A stretch of 64,000 bases of DNA from Candidatus Saccharimonadota bacterium. Its GTDB lineage: Bacteria > Patescibacteriota > Saccharimonadia > Saccharimonadales > JAGQMS01. Where the stretch lies: contig JAGQMS010000002.1 of NCBI GenBank assembly GCA_020428535.1, positions 3,210-67,209 of the forward strand, written 5' to 3'. A model generated the notes under the pieces. The model ran no database searches and was not told the origin of the DNA. It worked only from the letters and a program-made list of their open reading frames with translations. A program made the translations under genes and the position numbers. Every line of letters begins with the position of its first letter. Positions within the stretch are counted from its first letter, which is position 1. Positions 9,714-18,638 of this stretch are shown piece by piece.

Positions 9714-10043
9714 CTACTTGATGATATCAATATTACCGATGAGAGGGAGTCTCTTCATCTCACCTTGAGAGGCACTGATGATCCCCATAATCCAGAACAC
9801 CATCGCTACTGGATAAAGTAAGAAGCCAATGAACAAAAAGCTAGTTACACCAGCAACGATGTATAGCAAGACGACTAATAAACTCTGGTTTGCATGAAAC
9901 TTAGCAAACTGCGAATCTTTTGCGTCTGTTAATAGTGGTAGGAAGAAAATTACCCAAGCCAAAATTGCCATTGTTTTGTTTTTTTCAACGTCTTCTTTAG
10001 ACGCGTGTGGTGTTTTTGGTGCATTCTTAGCTTCGTCAGCCAT
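9714..10043 (-). CDS. small integral membrane protein (DUF4870-like)
   Basis: Start MADEAKN at 10043 is preceded by AAGGAGGG. There are three predicted TM helices, and the pattern ILAWVIFFLPLL...HANQSLL. Confidence 0.5.
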   Translation of the reverse strand: MADEAKNAPKTPHASKEDVEKNKTMAILAWVIFFLPLLTDAKDSQFAKFHANQSLLVVLLYIVAGVTSFLFIGFLLYPVAMVFWIMGIISASQGEMKRLPLIGNIDIIK

Positions 10044-10164
10044 TTCGTAACCCTCCTTAAACTCTAATATCCACATTATCGCTCTAATATAGATAAATCT
10101 CAAGCAGATTTATTTTAAGATGTAGCAATATGGGATTTTAGATAGTATAATTGTCTCCTGACAG

Positions 10165-10238
10165 TCGGGGATCGTCTAATGGTAGGACAACGGGTTTTGG
10201 TCCCGTCAATCTGGGTTCAACTCCTAGTCCCCGAGCCA
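10165..10238 (+). tRNA. tRNA-Gln (anticodon UUG), CCA encoded
   Basis: Manual cloverleaf. Acceptor TCGGGGA/TCCCCGA, anticodon stem ACGGG/CCCGT with loop TTTTGGT (UUG), T arm CTGGG-TTCAACT-CCTAG, discriminator G then CCA. Confidence 0.9.
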
Positions 10239-10249
10239 AGAATTTAGAA

Positions 10250-10281
10250 GGTCAAGCCAGTCTTGGCCTTTTGAATTTTTT
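10250..10281 (+). terminator. rho-independent terminator after tRNA-Gln
   Basis: Stem GGTCAAG / CTTGGCC (one G-U pair) with loop CCAGT, followed by TTTTGAATTTTTT. Confidence 0.6.
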
Positions 10282-10315
10282 GCCTAAAAATGCTTTCGCG
10301 TTTAGAATCATCACT

Positions 10316-10711
10316 ATGTTGTCAACGGCACCGATATGGTCTCCAAAATCTCCTGAACAAGGAGCTCGTATTTCTGTGATGAGTAGGCATACATTACCCG
10401 ATGGCGTTACCCCAGATCCTTCAATAACATCAGATATGTTTGATGAACGGGCTTTAGATCTGGCGCCACCACCTAAATTAATAGGTTCATATTACCGTGG
10501 CGAGATCATGTGGGGAGAATTTGAAAATCTTTTTAAGGAATATCTAGGGGCTGGACCCGGCCGATTAGCGGCTCTACGAATCGGCGAGAGAGCCATGTCC
10601 GCTAATATAACGCTTCTTTGTATAGAACGATCGTGTGTTTGTTGTCATAGACGATTAGTTGCCGAACATTGCAAAACGTTGTTCCCTACCTTAGAAGTTT
10701 CTATTGGTTAG
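10316..10711 (+). CDS. DUF488 family protein
   Basis: Inner ATG of ORF 10151..10711; the upstream part of that ORF overlaps the tRNA. DUF488-like layout: ISVMSRH..., LAPPPKLIGSY, ITLLCIERSCVCCHRRLVAEH. TAGAAT lies 7 nt before the ATG. Confidence 0.6.
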   Translation: MLSTAPIWSPKSPEQGARISVMSRHTLPDGVTPDPSITSDMFDERALDLAPPPKLIGSYYRGEIMWGEFENLFKEYLGAGPGRLAALRIGERAMSANITLLCIERSCVCCHRRLVAEHCKTLFPTLEVSIG

Positions 10712-10852
10712 AAAATATATAAATGTTGATATAATTTGAAAGTTGGTAAATCCAGGCTCCGGGTATCCTCTGTAAGTCTCAACGGGATCAAATACCCTAC
10801 TGGTACACGTGTCAAGAGACTCATTGTTAACATTAATAAGGAGTCACAAACT

Positions 10853-11011
10853 ATGTCTAAGATGCAAAAAGAGGAGCAGATGGACTGGTACGAGAAGACC
10901 CATAAACATTGGCGTTCATGGGGTTCATGGTTCAGCTGGGGATCGCCAGTTGGGTTAGGTCTATTCTTCCTCGCCCTAGCTGGCGCGATTTGGATCATCG
11001 CCCAGATCTGA
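10853..11011 (+). CDS. small Trp-rich membrane protein
   Basis: Inner ATG is preceded by AAGGAG. 52 aa with one TM helix (VGLGLFFLALAGAIWIIAQI). It is followed by a clean terminator. Confidence 0.45.
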   Translation: MSKMQKEEQMDWYEKTHKHWRSWGSWFSWGSPVGLGLFFLALAGAIWIIAQI

Positions 11012-11029
11012 ACAGGCATGCACAAAAAA

Positions 11030-11054
11030 ACACCGCTACTAAGCGGTGTTTTTA
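11030..11054 (+). terminator. rho-independent terminator
   Basis: Stem ACACCGCT / AGCGGTGT with loop ACTA, followed by a TTTT run. Confidence 0.75.
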
Positions 11055-11106
11055 GTTTTAGCCTAATTCGATAATTTGCCTACATCGGTTATAATTTAAT
11101 CAGATT

Positions 11107-12036
11107 ATGAATAAATTTGAACTTCAAGACTACATTGAAGATATTGAGCTAAATGGCCTAAGGGGCCGGATGATTAATGCCCCGGCAAGGAATCCAAAAA
11201 AGCGCGATACTAATATCTTATTGGTACATGGACAACACTCCAGCTTGGAGAGATTGGCCGGTGCGGCTGATTTAATGATGGACTACGGTAATTTTTGCCT
11301 TCCTGACATGCCGGGTTTCGGTGGCATGGATCACTTGTACAAAATTGGCGAGAAACCGACACTTGATGCTTTAGCTGATTATATGGCAGCATTTATTAAA
11401 CTAAGATACGGTAAAAGCAAGAAATTTATAATTATCGGCTATTCATTTGGTTTTATAGTTACGGTTCGCATGTTGCAAAAATACCCAGAAATCCAAAAAC
11501 AGTGTAAAGAAGTGATTGCACTTGCGGGGTTCCTACACAAAAATGACTTTAAGTTTACGGCAACGAGAAGGCGTGCATATTTAATCTTCAGTCGGATTTT
11601 AGAAACTAAATTAGTGTCTTGGATAGTCCGAGAGTTCTTCTTGAGGAAAATATTCTTGGGCATGTTTTATACAAGGTCACACAATGCTAAAGAAAAATTT
11701 CAAGATCTTAGTCCGGCCGAACATAAAAGATTGTTAGCATTTGAGACTAAACTTTGGAGGATAAATCATATCCCTACTTGGTGCTACACATCTCGCCTGA
11801 TGCTCAATGCCGATCTGGCAACTAGGGGTGAGAAATTGCCAATGCCCCTCATTTCAATTAATATAGAAGCAGATAAGTATTTCAATAATGATAGTGTGGT
11901 GGAGCATTTTAAGATGATCTTTCCAAAAGTTAAGGTGATAAACGCTGAGTCTGCGCACCACGGTGGCGGTATCATAGAATCCGCAAAAGAAGCTGCCCCA
12001 TTCTTCCCTAAGTCTCTTCGTAAGTACATAAAATAG
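11107..12036 (+). CDS. alpha/beta-fold hydrolase
   Basis: LLVHGQHSS oxyanion region and GYSFGF nucleophile elbow (GxSxG). Length is 309 aa. Confidence 0.6.
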   Translation: MNKFELQDYIEDIELNGLRGRMINAPARNPKKRDTNILLVHGQHSSLERLAGAADLMMDYGNFCLPDMPGFGGMDHLYKIGEKPTLDALADYMAAFIKLRYGKSKKFIIIGYSFGFIVTVRMLQKYPEIQKQCKEVIALAGFLHKNDFKFTATRRRAYLIFSRILETKLVSWIVREFFLRKIFLGMFYTRSHNAKEKFQDLSPAEHKRLLAFETKLWRINHIPTWCYTSRLMLNADLATRGEKLPMPLISINIEADKYFNNDSVVEHFKMIFPKVKVINAESAHHGGGIIESAKEAAPFFPKSLRKYIK

Positions 12037-12037
12037 T

Positions 12038-13150
12038 ATGAAAATAGCAATCTTTAACCCTTATAACGTCTCAATGCCTGGAGGCGTACAAGACCATGTT
12101 CGAGCTCAGGCATCGGAGTTGAAGAGGCGAGGTCATAAAGTAACGATAATTACCCCTCGGCCCAGAAAGTTTGAAGATAAGTTACCAGAAGATACGGTCT
12201 TTATAGGTGTTTCTGCAAGAGTAAAAGCACAGAGTTCCACAGTAGATATCTCAGCAGCTATTGATCAAGAAGAAATTGATGATTTCTTTAAATCTAATAA
12301 GTTTGATGTGGTGCATTTTCACGAGCCAGTAGTGCCATTTGTTGGAAGACAGCTTATAGCAAGCTGTCCCTACCCTACTGTTGCGACCCTTCATGCGGCA
12401 TTGCCAGAGACTGGTATTGGGCGCACCTTAGGATCAATCACCCCCTATTTTAGATCTGTTATACAGCATGTCGATGTTTTAACGCGAGTTTCTCCAGCGG
12501 CAGGGGAATATCTATCCGAGCTGATTCAAGGTGTTGAGGTATTTGATGTACCAAACGGAGTGAATATTAAAGATTTCAAACCATCAAAAAAACGTGATAA
12601 GAATACAATTGTGTATATAGGCAGATTAGAAAAGCGTAAAGGACCAAAATATTTATTATTGGCAGTGTCTCAGTTAGTGAAGAAGATACCAGAATTGAAG
12701 TTGATAATCGCTGGTGATGGCCCTGACAGGGATAAGCTAGAAGAGTTAGCAGAAGATTTAGAGCTAAAAAATGTAGAGTTCTTGGGCTATGTAAGTGACC
12801 AAGAAAAGCGAGATTTACTTTCTCGAGCCACTGTTGCCTGTTACCCAGCAATATACGGAGAAAGCTTCGGTATTGTTTTACTTGAAGCTATGGCAACAGG
12901 AACACCTATCGTTGCCGGTGATAACCCTGGGTACTCTTCAGTTTTAAGAGAAACGGGTTTATTGAGTCTCGTGAACCCGCACGTTACAAGAGAATTCTCT
13001 CGACGGCTGGAACTGTTTTTGACAGATAAAACCATTCAGAACCTAATGAGTGAGTGGGGGCTAAAATACGTTAAGCAGTTTGACTACTCTCGTGTCGTGG
13101 ATGATTATGAAAAAGTTTATAAATATGCCATCAACAAACACAAAGCTTAA
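12038..13150 (+). CDS. GT4-family glycosyltransferase (PimA-like)
   Basis: GRLEKRKGPKYLL and ESFGIVLLEAMATGTPIVA (E-x7-E region). The start is 1 nt after the upstream stop. Confidence 0.75.
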   Translation: MKIAIFNPYNVSMPGGVQDHVRAQASELKRRGHKVTIITPRPRKFEDKLPEDTVFIGVSARVKAQSSTVDISAAIDQEEIDDFFKSNKFDVVHFHEPVVPFVGRQLIASCPYPTVATLHAALPETGIGRTLGSITPYFRSVIQHVDVLTRVSPAAGEYLSELIQGVEVFDVPNGVNIKDFKPSKKRDKNTIVYIGRLEKRKGPKYLLLAVSQLVKKIPELKLIIAGDGPDRDKLEELAEDLELKNVEFLGYVSDQEKRDLLSRATVACYPAIYGESFGIVLLEAMATGTPIVAGDNPGYSSVLRETGLLSLVNPHVTREFSRRLELFLTDKTIQNLMSEWGLKYVKQFDYSRVVDDYEKVYKYAINKHKA

Positions 13151-14261
13151 AATTGCCTATCTGCTGGACGACACCCTTGATAAAACAGATGGAGTCCAGC
13201 AATATGTCTTGGCTGTGGGTGAATATATGCGTTCCAAGGGCCACGAAGTACATTATCTTGTAGCGGATACTTCGAGAAGTGATCTAGAAAATGTTCACAA
13301 TATTTCAAAATTTGTATCTCTAAAGTTCAATGGTAACAGTGTAAGAACGCCGCTGCCCGTATCGAGTAAAAAGATAAAAAACTTTCTAGCCAAAAATAAA
13401 TTTGATGTTGTTCACGTGCAGATGCCTTATAGCCCATTTTTTGCTTCAAAAGTAATCAAACAACTACCAAAATCGACTATAATTGTTGGAACTTGGCACA
13501 CCTTTCCGGCCGGAAGAGCGCAGTACTTATCTCATTTTCTGCTGGCATTGATGATTAGGAAAAGTCTGAAGAAGGTCAAAATTGCGATCGGCGTAAGTGA
13601 ACCAACTGCAAAATATGCCGACCGTATTTACAGAACGAAAAGTATTGTTATCCCTAACGCCGTGAATTTAGCTAAATTTAGATCAATTACACCGGATTCA
13701 AGATTTAAGACAGATAGAAAAAAGATAGTATTCTTGGGCCGATTTGACACCCGGAAAGGCCCAAAATATTTGATTCAAGCCCTGGCAAAAGCTAGAGAAC
13801 TTGGAATGAATATGCAAAATATCGAAGTTGTGATGGGAGGAAAGGGCCCGGATTTACTTGGATGTATTGAACTCGCTAAAAACTTCAGTCTTTTTGGGAC
13901 TATTACCTTCCCTGGCTTTGTTGATGAATCAGAGAAGTCAGCCTTACTTTCGTCTGCTGATATATGTGTGTTTCCATCAACCGGAGGTGAGGCATTTGGT
14001 ATTAGTGTTGTTGAAGCGATGGCAAGCGGACATTCAGTTGTATTGGGCGGTGACAATGCCGGGTATAGGTCGATATTGGGCGAAAAACCGGAGCTCTTGT
14101 TTGACCCAAAAAACACGGTTCAGTTTGCTACGAAATTGATGGAGTTTGCCAATATGCCAAGAGAAGAAATTGATAAATATCAGCTATGGCTAAAGAAGAC
14201 AGCTGATCAGTATGATAGCTCAGTTGTTTGTGCAAAATTACTAGAGATATATCTTAATTAG
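13125..14261 (+). CDS. second GT4-family glycosyltransferase
   Basis: GRFDTRKGPKYLI and EAFGISVVEAMASGHSVV. The start is taken as the last ATG (13125) before the conserved KIAYLLDD N-terminus, but ORF-track start 13080 is possible. It overlaps the upstream stop. Confidence 0.7.
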   Translation: MPSTNTKLKIAYLLDDTLDKTDGVQQYVLAVGEYMRSKGHEVHYLVADTSRSDLENVHNISKFVSLKFNGNSVRTPLPVSSKKIKNFLAKNKFDVVHVQMPYSPFFASKVIKQLPKSTIIVGTWHTFPAGRAQYLSHFLLALMIRKSLKKVKIAIGVSEPTAKYADRIYRTKSIVIPNAVNLAKFRSITPDSRFKTDRKKIVFLGRFDTRKGPKYLIQALAKARELGMNMQNIEVVMGGKGPDLLGCIELAKNFSLFGTITFPGFVDESEKSALLSSADICVFPSTGGEAFGISVVEAMASGHSVVLGGDNAGYRSILGEKPELLFDPKNTVQFATKLMEFANMPREEIDKYQLWLKKTADQYDSSVVCAKLLEIYLN

Positions 14262-15661
14262 ATATATGACCAAATTTGCCCGGTTGGTGTGTCCTTAACC
14301 TCTAAGCCGAGATTGTTTAATTCCGTGCGTAGTTTGTCAGATTCTGCCCAGTTCTTATCAGCTCTCGCCTTAGAACGATCTGCGAGAGTTTTTTCAATCT
14401 CTGGGCTGATATTTGGTGTAGAGCCACATAGATCTAGACCCAAAAGACTGTCTATGCTTTCAAGGAAAGTTGAAAAGCCAGTTTGTTCCTCGGGTGTAAT
14501 TGTAACGTTAATCTTGCTAAAGGATTCATCGATTAATGCTAAAGCCCCTGGAGTGTCTAAATCTTCTTTTAGCTTAGTATTTAAGTCATTCAATTGTTCG
14601 TCATAATTAATGTTTGAAGTTTGAGTGCCTGGCAATGCTTGCCAGCGGAGTGAGGCAATATTTCGCCAATTTTGTAGTCGATTATGAGCAGCTTCTAAAA
14701 TTTCCCAGGTGAAATTGCCTTCTGTACGGTAGTGCTTACTAAGAACTAACATTTTGAAATCCATCGGGCTGTATCCCTTGGCAATTATGTCGTCGAGTGT
14801 GTAAATATTCCCAATAGATTTGGACATTTTGGTTCCGTCAACCTTGACATGATTGTTGTGAACCCAAATTTGTGAAAATGGCTTTTTGCCGGTTAGGCTC
14901 TCGGTCTGAGCAATCTCGTTAGTGTGGTGAACTGGTATATGATCAATACCACCGCAGTGGATATCTATTTGATCACCAAGTGTTTGCCTGGCGATGACCG
15001 AACATTCTAAATGCCAACCAGGGAAACCCAATCCCCAAGGGCTTTCCCATTGCATATCTCTTTTTGAATCCTTTGGGCTGAACTTCCAAAGGGCAAAGTC
15101 AGTAATATTTTTTTTACCCTCGACGGATACCCTAGCGCCAGCTTCTAAACCGGCAATATCTAATCTTGCGAGTTTGCCGTAGTCATCAAGTTTCGAAGTG
15201 TCAAAATAGATTCCGTCTTCTGGTATAGAGTAGACGTAGCCTTTCTCCTCAAGTTTGCTTACAAAATCGATCTGCTGTTGGATAAGGCTTGTTGCTCTGA
15301 TTAGATGTGTTGGTTTTAAAAGGTTCAGAGAATCGGACTCACTATCACAGATCTCGATGTAGCGCTCTGCAACATCCCATGCAGTAAGACCTTCTGCTTT
15401 AGCGCCCTTTTCCATCTTATCTTCGCCGTTATCGTCGTCACTCGTGAGGTGACCAACATCAGTAAAGTTCTGAGTACGTTCTACCTGATAGCCTTCTGCT
15501 AGCAAGGCTCTTTGCAGAACGTCCCAATATATGTACCCTACCCAGTTACCGATGTGGGGGTGGCTGTAAACAGTAATACCACAGGTATAGATTTTGACTA
15601 TGTTGTCTTGGAGAGGTTTTAGAGTATCAATTTGACGAGTTAGTGTATTGTAGAGCTTCAT
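14258..15661 (-). CDS. cysS: cysteine--tRNA ligase
   Basis: MKLYNTLTRQ start, HIGN motif (SHPHIGN) and KMSKS motif (KMSKSIGN). ATG at 15661; the track's TTG at 15670 is unlikely. TATACT lies 8 nt upstream and there is no SD. Confidence 0.9.
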   Translation of the reverse strand: MKLYNTLTRQIDTLKPLQDNIVKIYTCGITVYSHPHIGNWVGYIYWDVLQRALLAEGYQVERTQNFTDVGHLTSDDDNGEDKMEKGAKAEGLTAWDVAERYIEICDSESDSLNLLKPTHLIRATSLIQQQIDFVSKLEEKGYVYSIPEDGIYFDTSKLDDYGKLARLDIAGLEAGARVSVEGKKNITDFALWKFSPKDSKRDMQWESPWGLGFPGWHLECSVIARQTLGDQIDIHCGGIDHIPVHHTNEIAQTESLTGKKPFSQIWVHNNHVKVDGTKMSKSIGNIYTLDDIIAKGYSPMDFKMLVLSKHYRTEGNFTWEILEAAHNRLQNWRNIASLRWQALPGTQTSNINYDEQLNDLNTKLKEDLDTPGALALIDESFSKINVTITPEEQTGFSTFLESIDSLLGLDLCGSTPNISPEIEKTLADRSKARADKNWAESDKLRTELNNLGLEVKDTPTGQIWSYI

Positions 15662-15708
15662 TGATAACAAGTATAAAGGAGAAAGTTTAAAGTAGTAAGT
15701 TTAAATTA

Positions 15709-15968
15709 CCCTACATCTTAGGCTGAAAGTTCAGCCGAACATGTAGGGTGGCAGACTGGTCGGGTCATGCGCACCCTGAGACCTCATCCCTTACGGAGGT
15801 AAGCACGCAGCTTATATTTCCTGAAAGGGTTGAAGCTGGTTCTGGTGAACCACACGCGAACCGGTCCTACGTTCCTCAATCTCCGCTTCTCATTGACGGC
15901 GGAAATAGCATCATCTAGGGCTTCACGGCTCTCATACCATCTTTCCATCAAAGACCCCCAAGTCTGCC
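15709..15968 (-). ncRNA. unclassified GC-rich structured RNA candidate (219-nt helix-closed domain plus 3' hairpin)
   Basis: The 342-nt gap between the DHH gene and cysS has no credible ORF and is visibly GC-richer than its flanks. On the minus strand, GGCAGACU (15968-15961) pairs with AGUCUGCC (15757-15750) and closes a 219-nt domain with several internal hairpins. A long interrupted hairpin at 15748-15709 (CCCUACAU...AUGUAGGG) follows immediately. The family is not identified. Confidence 0.45.
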
Positions 15969-16012
15969 GCCGAGTCGTCTCTCAACGCCCGGATATTATG
16001 ACTATATACTCA

Positions 16013-17047
16013 CTAACTTACCGAGTCAATTTCTTGGAGGAGCTGGTATGCCTTATCCAACGTGTCTCTTTTTATTTGTGCAAAATTGAGGTCATCACCT
16101 TCAACTTTAAAGCCCGCCGCATAAGGATGCCCTCCCCCATCGGCGAATTGTGAAGCTAGCTTGTCAGCAAAGCGATAACCGTAGCCACAGCGTATGCGGG
16201 CAGTTACTTTGTAGATATTCCCAAGTTTTTCATAAATCTTAAAGCCAATTGATATTGCTAAGCCCTCAATATTGCGGGTTTCATCCAGGATAACTGTCGG
16301 ATTATAGTCCATTGAGTATTCTTTGATTTCGTCGTGCGGAATATCGATTGTCGCTATGCGGTTATCATAGTGGAACTCAACACGTTTCATTAGCTCTGCT
16401 TTATAGCCGAATATGTCGGTGCTAATTTGAAATTGCTTTAACCGTCGTTCGTTTAAATCGGCTAGCTCAGCACCGAGATCTACAAGTTCAGCAACAACTC
16501 GCAGTGGCGATGAATTATTATTTAGGAATTGGCTTGTGAAGCCGAGTGTGTCCGCAAGGATTGAAACTGTCATCATTTCTGCTGCGTGCTTCGTTATTTT
16601 CCAGTCTAGTGTTTTTGCAATGTTGAAAATTACTTGGCTCGTTGCTCCACAAGATATATCGCATACCATAACTGAGGCGTAATTGATGTCACTAGGCGCG
16701 TCGTGGTGGTCAATTATTAGCAGCGGTGTTTGTTTAAGCTTTTCGAGATCTCCCTTATCCTCAACATTTTTTAAAAGATTTTCAAATGAGCAATCTACTA
16801 AAATCCAGCCATCGAATTGCTCAGGAAGTTCGGTTGTGACTCTATCCCATCCATCTAGGTAGCGAAGGTGATGAGAAACATCAACTGAGCAATATAGAGT
16901 GCTACTGATATTCTGTTCCAGTAGCAATTCTTCAAGCGCTAACGAGGAAGCCAGACTATCTGCATCGGGGTTGTCGCCCTGAACAATGACGAGATGATTC
17001 TTTCCTGAGAAATAGTTTGAAAGCTGTTCTTTTAGATTTTCGTACAT
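16013..17047 (-). CDS. DHH/DHHA1 phosphoesterase (NrnA-like oligoribonuclease / pAp phosphatase)
   Basis: DNPDADS (DHH motif I), IIDHHD and GGGHPYAAGF (DHHA1). ATG at 17047 is used because the conserved promoter module abuts it. The track start at 17101 is a GTG. Confidence 0.75.
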   Translation of the reverse strand: MYENLKEQLSNYFSGKNHLVIVQGDNPDADSLASSLALEELLLEQNISSTLYCSVDVSHHLRYLDGWDRVTTELPEQFDGWILVDCSFENLLKNVEDKGDLEKLKQTPLLIIDHHDAPSDINYASVMVCDISCGATSQVIFNIAKTLDWKITKHAAEMMTVSILADTLGFTSQFLNNNSSPLRVVAELVDLGAELADLNERRLKQFQISTDIFGYKAELMKRVEFHYDNRIATIDIPHDEIKEYSMDYNPTVILDETRNIEGLAISIGFKIYEKLGNIYKVTARIRCGYGYRFADKLASQFADGGGHPYAAGFKVEGDDLNFAQIKRDTLDKAYQLLQEIDSVS

Positions 17048-17084
17048 CGTAGATAGTATATAGGACTTAGGACTTAGAACATAG
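17048..17084 (-). promoter_or_regulatory. 37-nt promoter module CTATGT-N9-CTAAGTCCTATATACTA-N6 directly abutting the ATG
   Basis: The minus strand reads CTATGTTCTAAGTCCTAAGTCCTATATACTATCTACG followed by ATG. 27 of its first 31 positions are identical to 36378-36408 upstream of an unrelated gene. TATACT ends 7 nt before the ATG. Confidence 0.55.
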
Positions 17085-17165
17085 GGTATAGGTACTGGCA
17101 CAGAGAATATACAATTAGACCATATATTACTATCGCATTATTAAGTCCTAAATCTTGAGTACCAA

Positions 17166-17771
17166 CTAGAACTCTTGGCGACCTTCGAATGCGCGGCTGA
17201 GAGTAATTTGATCAGCATATTCAAGATCTACTCCAATTGGAAGACCGCGCGCCAAACGTGTTACTTTTACGGGGAGCTCTTTAAGTATATTTTGGAGGTA
17301 GATAGACGTTGTTTCACCCTCTACGCTTGCATTTGTCGCTAATATTATTTCTTTAACCTGATCTTCTTTTACCCTTGCTACTAACTCTTTGGTTCTAAGG
17401 TGTTCGGGCTCAATGCCATCAATTGGTGAGATTAAGCCACCAAGGACGTGGTACGTTCCTTTAAACAGGCCTGTTTTTTCAATAGCAACGACATCAAACG
17501 GTTCTGCGACAACGGCAACAACCTGTTTGTCTCTACCTGGGTCTGAATAAAGTTGCGAAACCTCTTTGTCAGCATCAATGAGGGTAAATGTTTTTGGGCA
17601 TACTTTGATTTCAGAATGTAATTTTTCAAGACTTGTAGCTAGTTTTTTCGATGTTAAGGGGCTACTTTTCAAAAGATAATAAGCATATCTTTCAGCAGTT
17701 CTTGGGCCGACACCCGCGATCTTATTAAGTGAATCAACAACTTCCTCAAATGCTTTTGGTAATAAACTCAT
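17166..17771 (-). CDS. recR: recombination protein RecR
   Basis: N-terminal HhH (LNKIAGVGPRTAERYAYYLL) and a Toprim region (VVAVVAEPFDVVAIEKTGLFKGTYHVLGG...ILATNASVEGETTS). The usual C4 zinc-finger cysteines are mostly absent. Confidence 0.85.
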   Translation of the reverse strand: MSLLPKAFEEVVDSLNKIAGVGPRTAERYAYYLLKSSPLTSKKLATSLEKLHSEIKVCPKTFTLIDADKEVSQLYSDPGRDKQVVAVVAEPFDVVAIEKTGLFKGTYHVLGGLISPIDGIEPEHLRTKELVARVKEDQVKEIILATNASVEGETTSIYLQNILKELPVKVTRLARGLPIGVDLEYADQITLSRAFEGRQEF

Positions 17772-18301
17772 ATTGCGCTACTTACTCTTTTTGTGAGTCT
17801 AACTATCACCGATTCACCCGGTTCTGAACTAGATGTGTTTCTGAGAATAGGATGATCTTTAGCAACTGATACACCTTTTGAGATTAAGTCCAGCTGTAGA
17901 TCTGTCTCGGAAATTCTAAAATTTGGCTGGTGACGTATTATGAATGATAATTCATGTAGTTTGCCGCTGGCTTTTCTTAGCTTTTTTCTCGCCTCTGAGG
18001 TTAGGGCGAGCTCACTCTTCCGTCTATCAGAAGATATAGCTTTTTTCAGTAGGCCTTTGGACTCTAGATTGCTGACTGTTCTGCTGATAATAGATTGCGA
18101 AACATCAATGTATTCACAAAGATCTTTCATGCTAATTCGCGGTATACGATCAATGTAATAGAGGGCCAAATAACTATGAAAAGTCAGATCAAAATCAATC
18201 AATATTTGCTCTGCATGTCGCATTACACGGTATGAGGTTAGGTATAGCTTATTACCCAATGGGTCATCGGCGGTTTCTTTGTAGAGTGCACTTTTAGCCA
18301 T
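17768..18301 (-). CDS. MarR-family winged-helix transcriptional regulator
   Basis: ISMKDLCEYIDVSQSIISRTVSNLESKGLLKKAISSDRRKSELALTSEARKKL is a MarR-type wHTH. Its stop overlaps the recR start. Confidence 0.65.
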   Translation of the reverse strand: MAKSALYKETADDPLGNKLYLTSYRVMRHAEQILIDFDLTFHSYLALYYIDRIPRISMKDLCEYIDVSQSIISRTVSNLESKGLLKKAISSDRRKSELALTSEARKKLRKASGKLHELSFIIRHQPNFRISETDLQLDLISKGVSVAKDHPILRNTSSSEPGESVIVRLTKRVSSAI

Positions 18302-18307
18302 TTCTAT

Positions 18308-18601
18308 TTAAAGACCCAAGTCACCAAGCGCACCCATCATAGGTTGCATCTTCTCTGCTGCTAGTTTTTGACTTGTCTGGATTGCTTCTTTCACAGCGTC
18401 CTCAACCCATCTTTCAAGTTGCCCGATATCATCAAGGTCTACAAATTCTGGGTCGATATGTATTTTTTTTATCTTTTGCTCACCGGTGATTTCAACTTTT
18501 ACGGCACCATCGCCTTTTTCGACGACAATAACTTCTTTTTGAAGTTCTTTTTGAAGCTTTTTTACTTTTAATAGCATCTTAGCTTGGTCAAAACGACTCA
18601 T
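18308..18601 (-). CDS. ybaB: YbaB/EbfC nucleoid-associated protein
   Basis: 97 aa. KMLLKVKKLQKELQKE...GDGAVKVEITGEQKIKKIHIDPEFVD is the typical YbaB pattern, and the gene sits in dnaX/recR context. Confidence 0.8.
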   Translation of the reverse strand: MSRFDQAKMLLKVKKLQKELQKEVIVVEKGDGAVKVEITGEQKIKKIHIDPEFVDLDDIGQLERWVEDAVKEAIQTSQKLAAEKMQPMMGALGDLGL

Positions 18602-18638
18602 AGTATTCCCCTATTACTTACCTTCTACATATTATACC

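Noticed and set aside
10151-10315. N-terminal 55 codons of ORF 10151..10711.
   Set aside because: This part overlaps tRNA-Gln and its terminator on the same strand. The DUF488 similarity starts after the internal ATG at 10316, which has its own -10 hexamer.
15671-16012. T-box riboswitch leader for cysS, RNase P RNA or tmRNA.
   Set aside because: T-box: there is no GGGUGGNACCGCG-like T-box sequence or UGGN bulge, no clear specifier loop with UGC plus a purine, and a TATACT -10 hexamer sits between the structure and the SD-less cysS ATG. RNase P: GGAAAG, CUAGAUGA and CAGAACC-like strings occur, but with wrong spacing and no S-domain. tmRNA: there is no G3-U70 pair, T-arm or tag frame. I kept it only as an unclassified ncRNA candidate.
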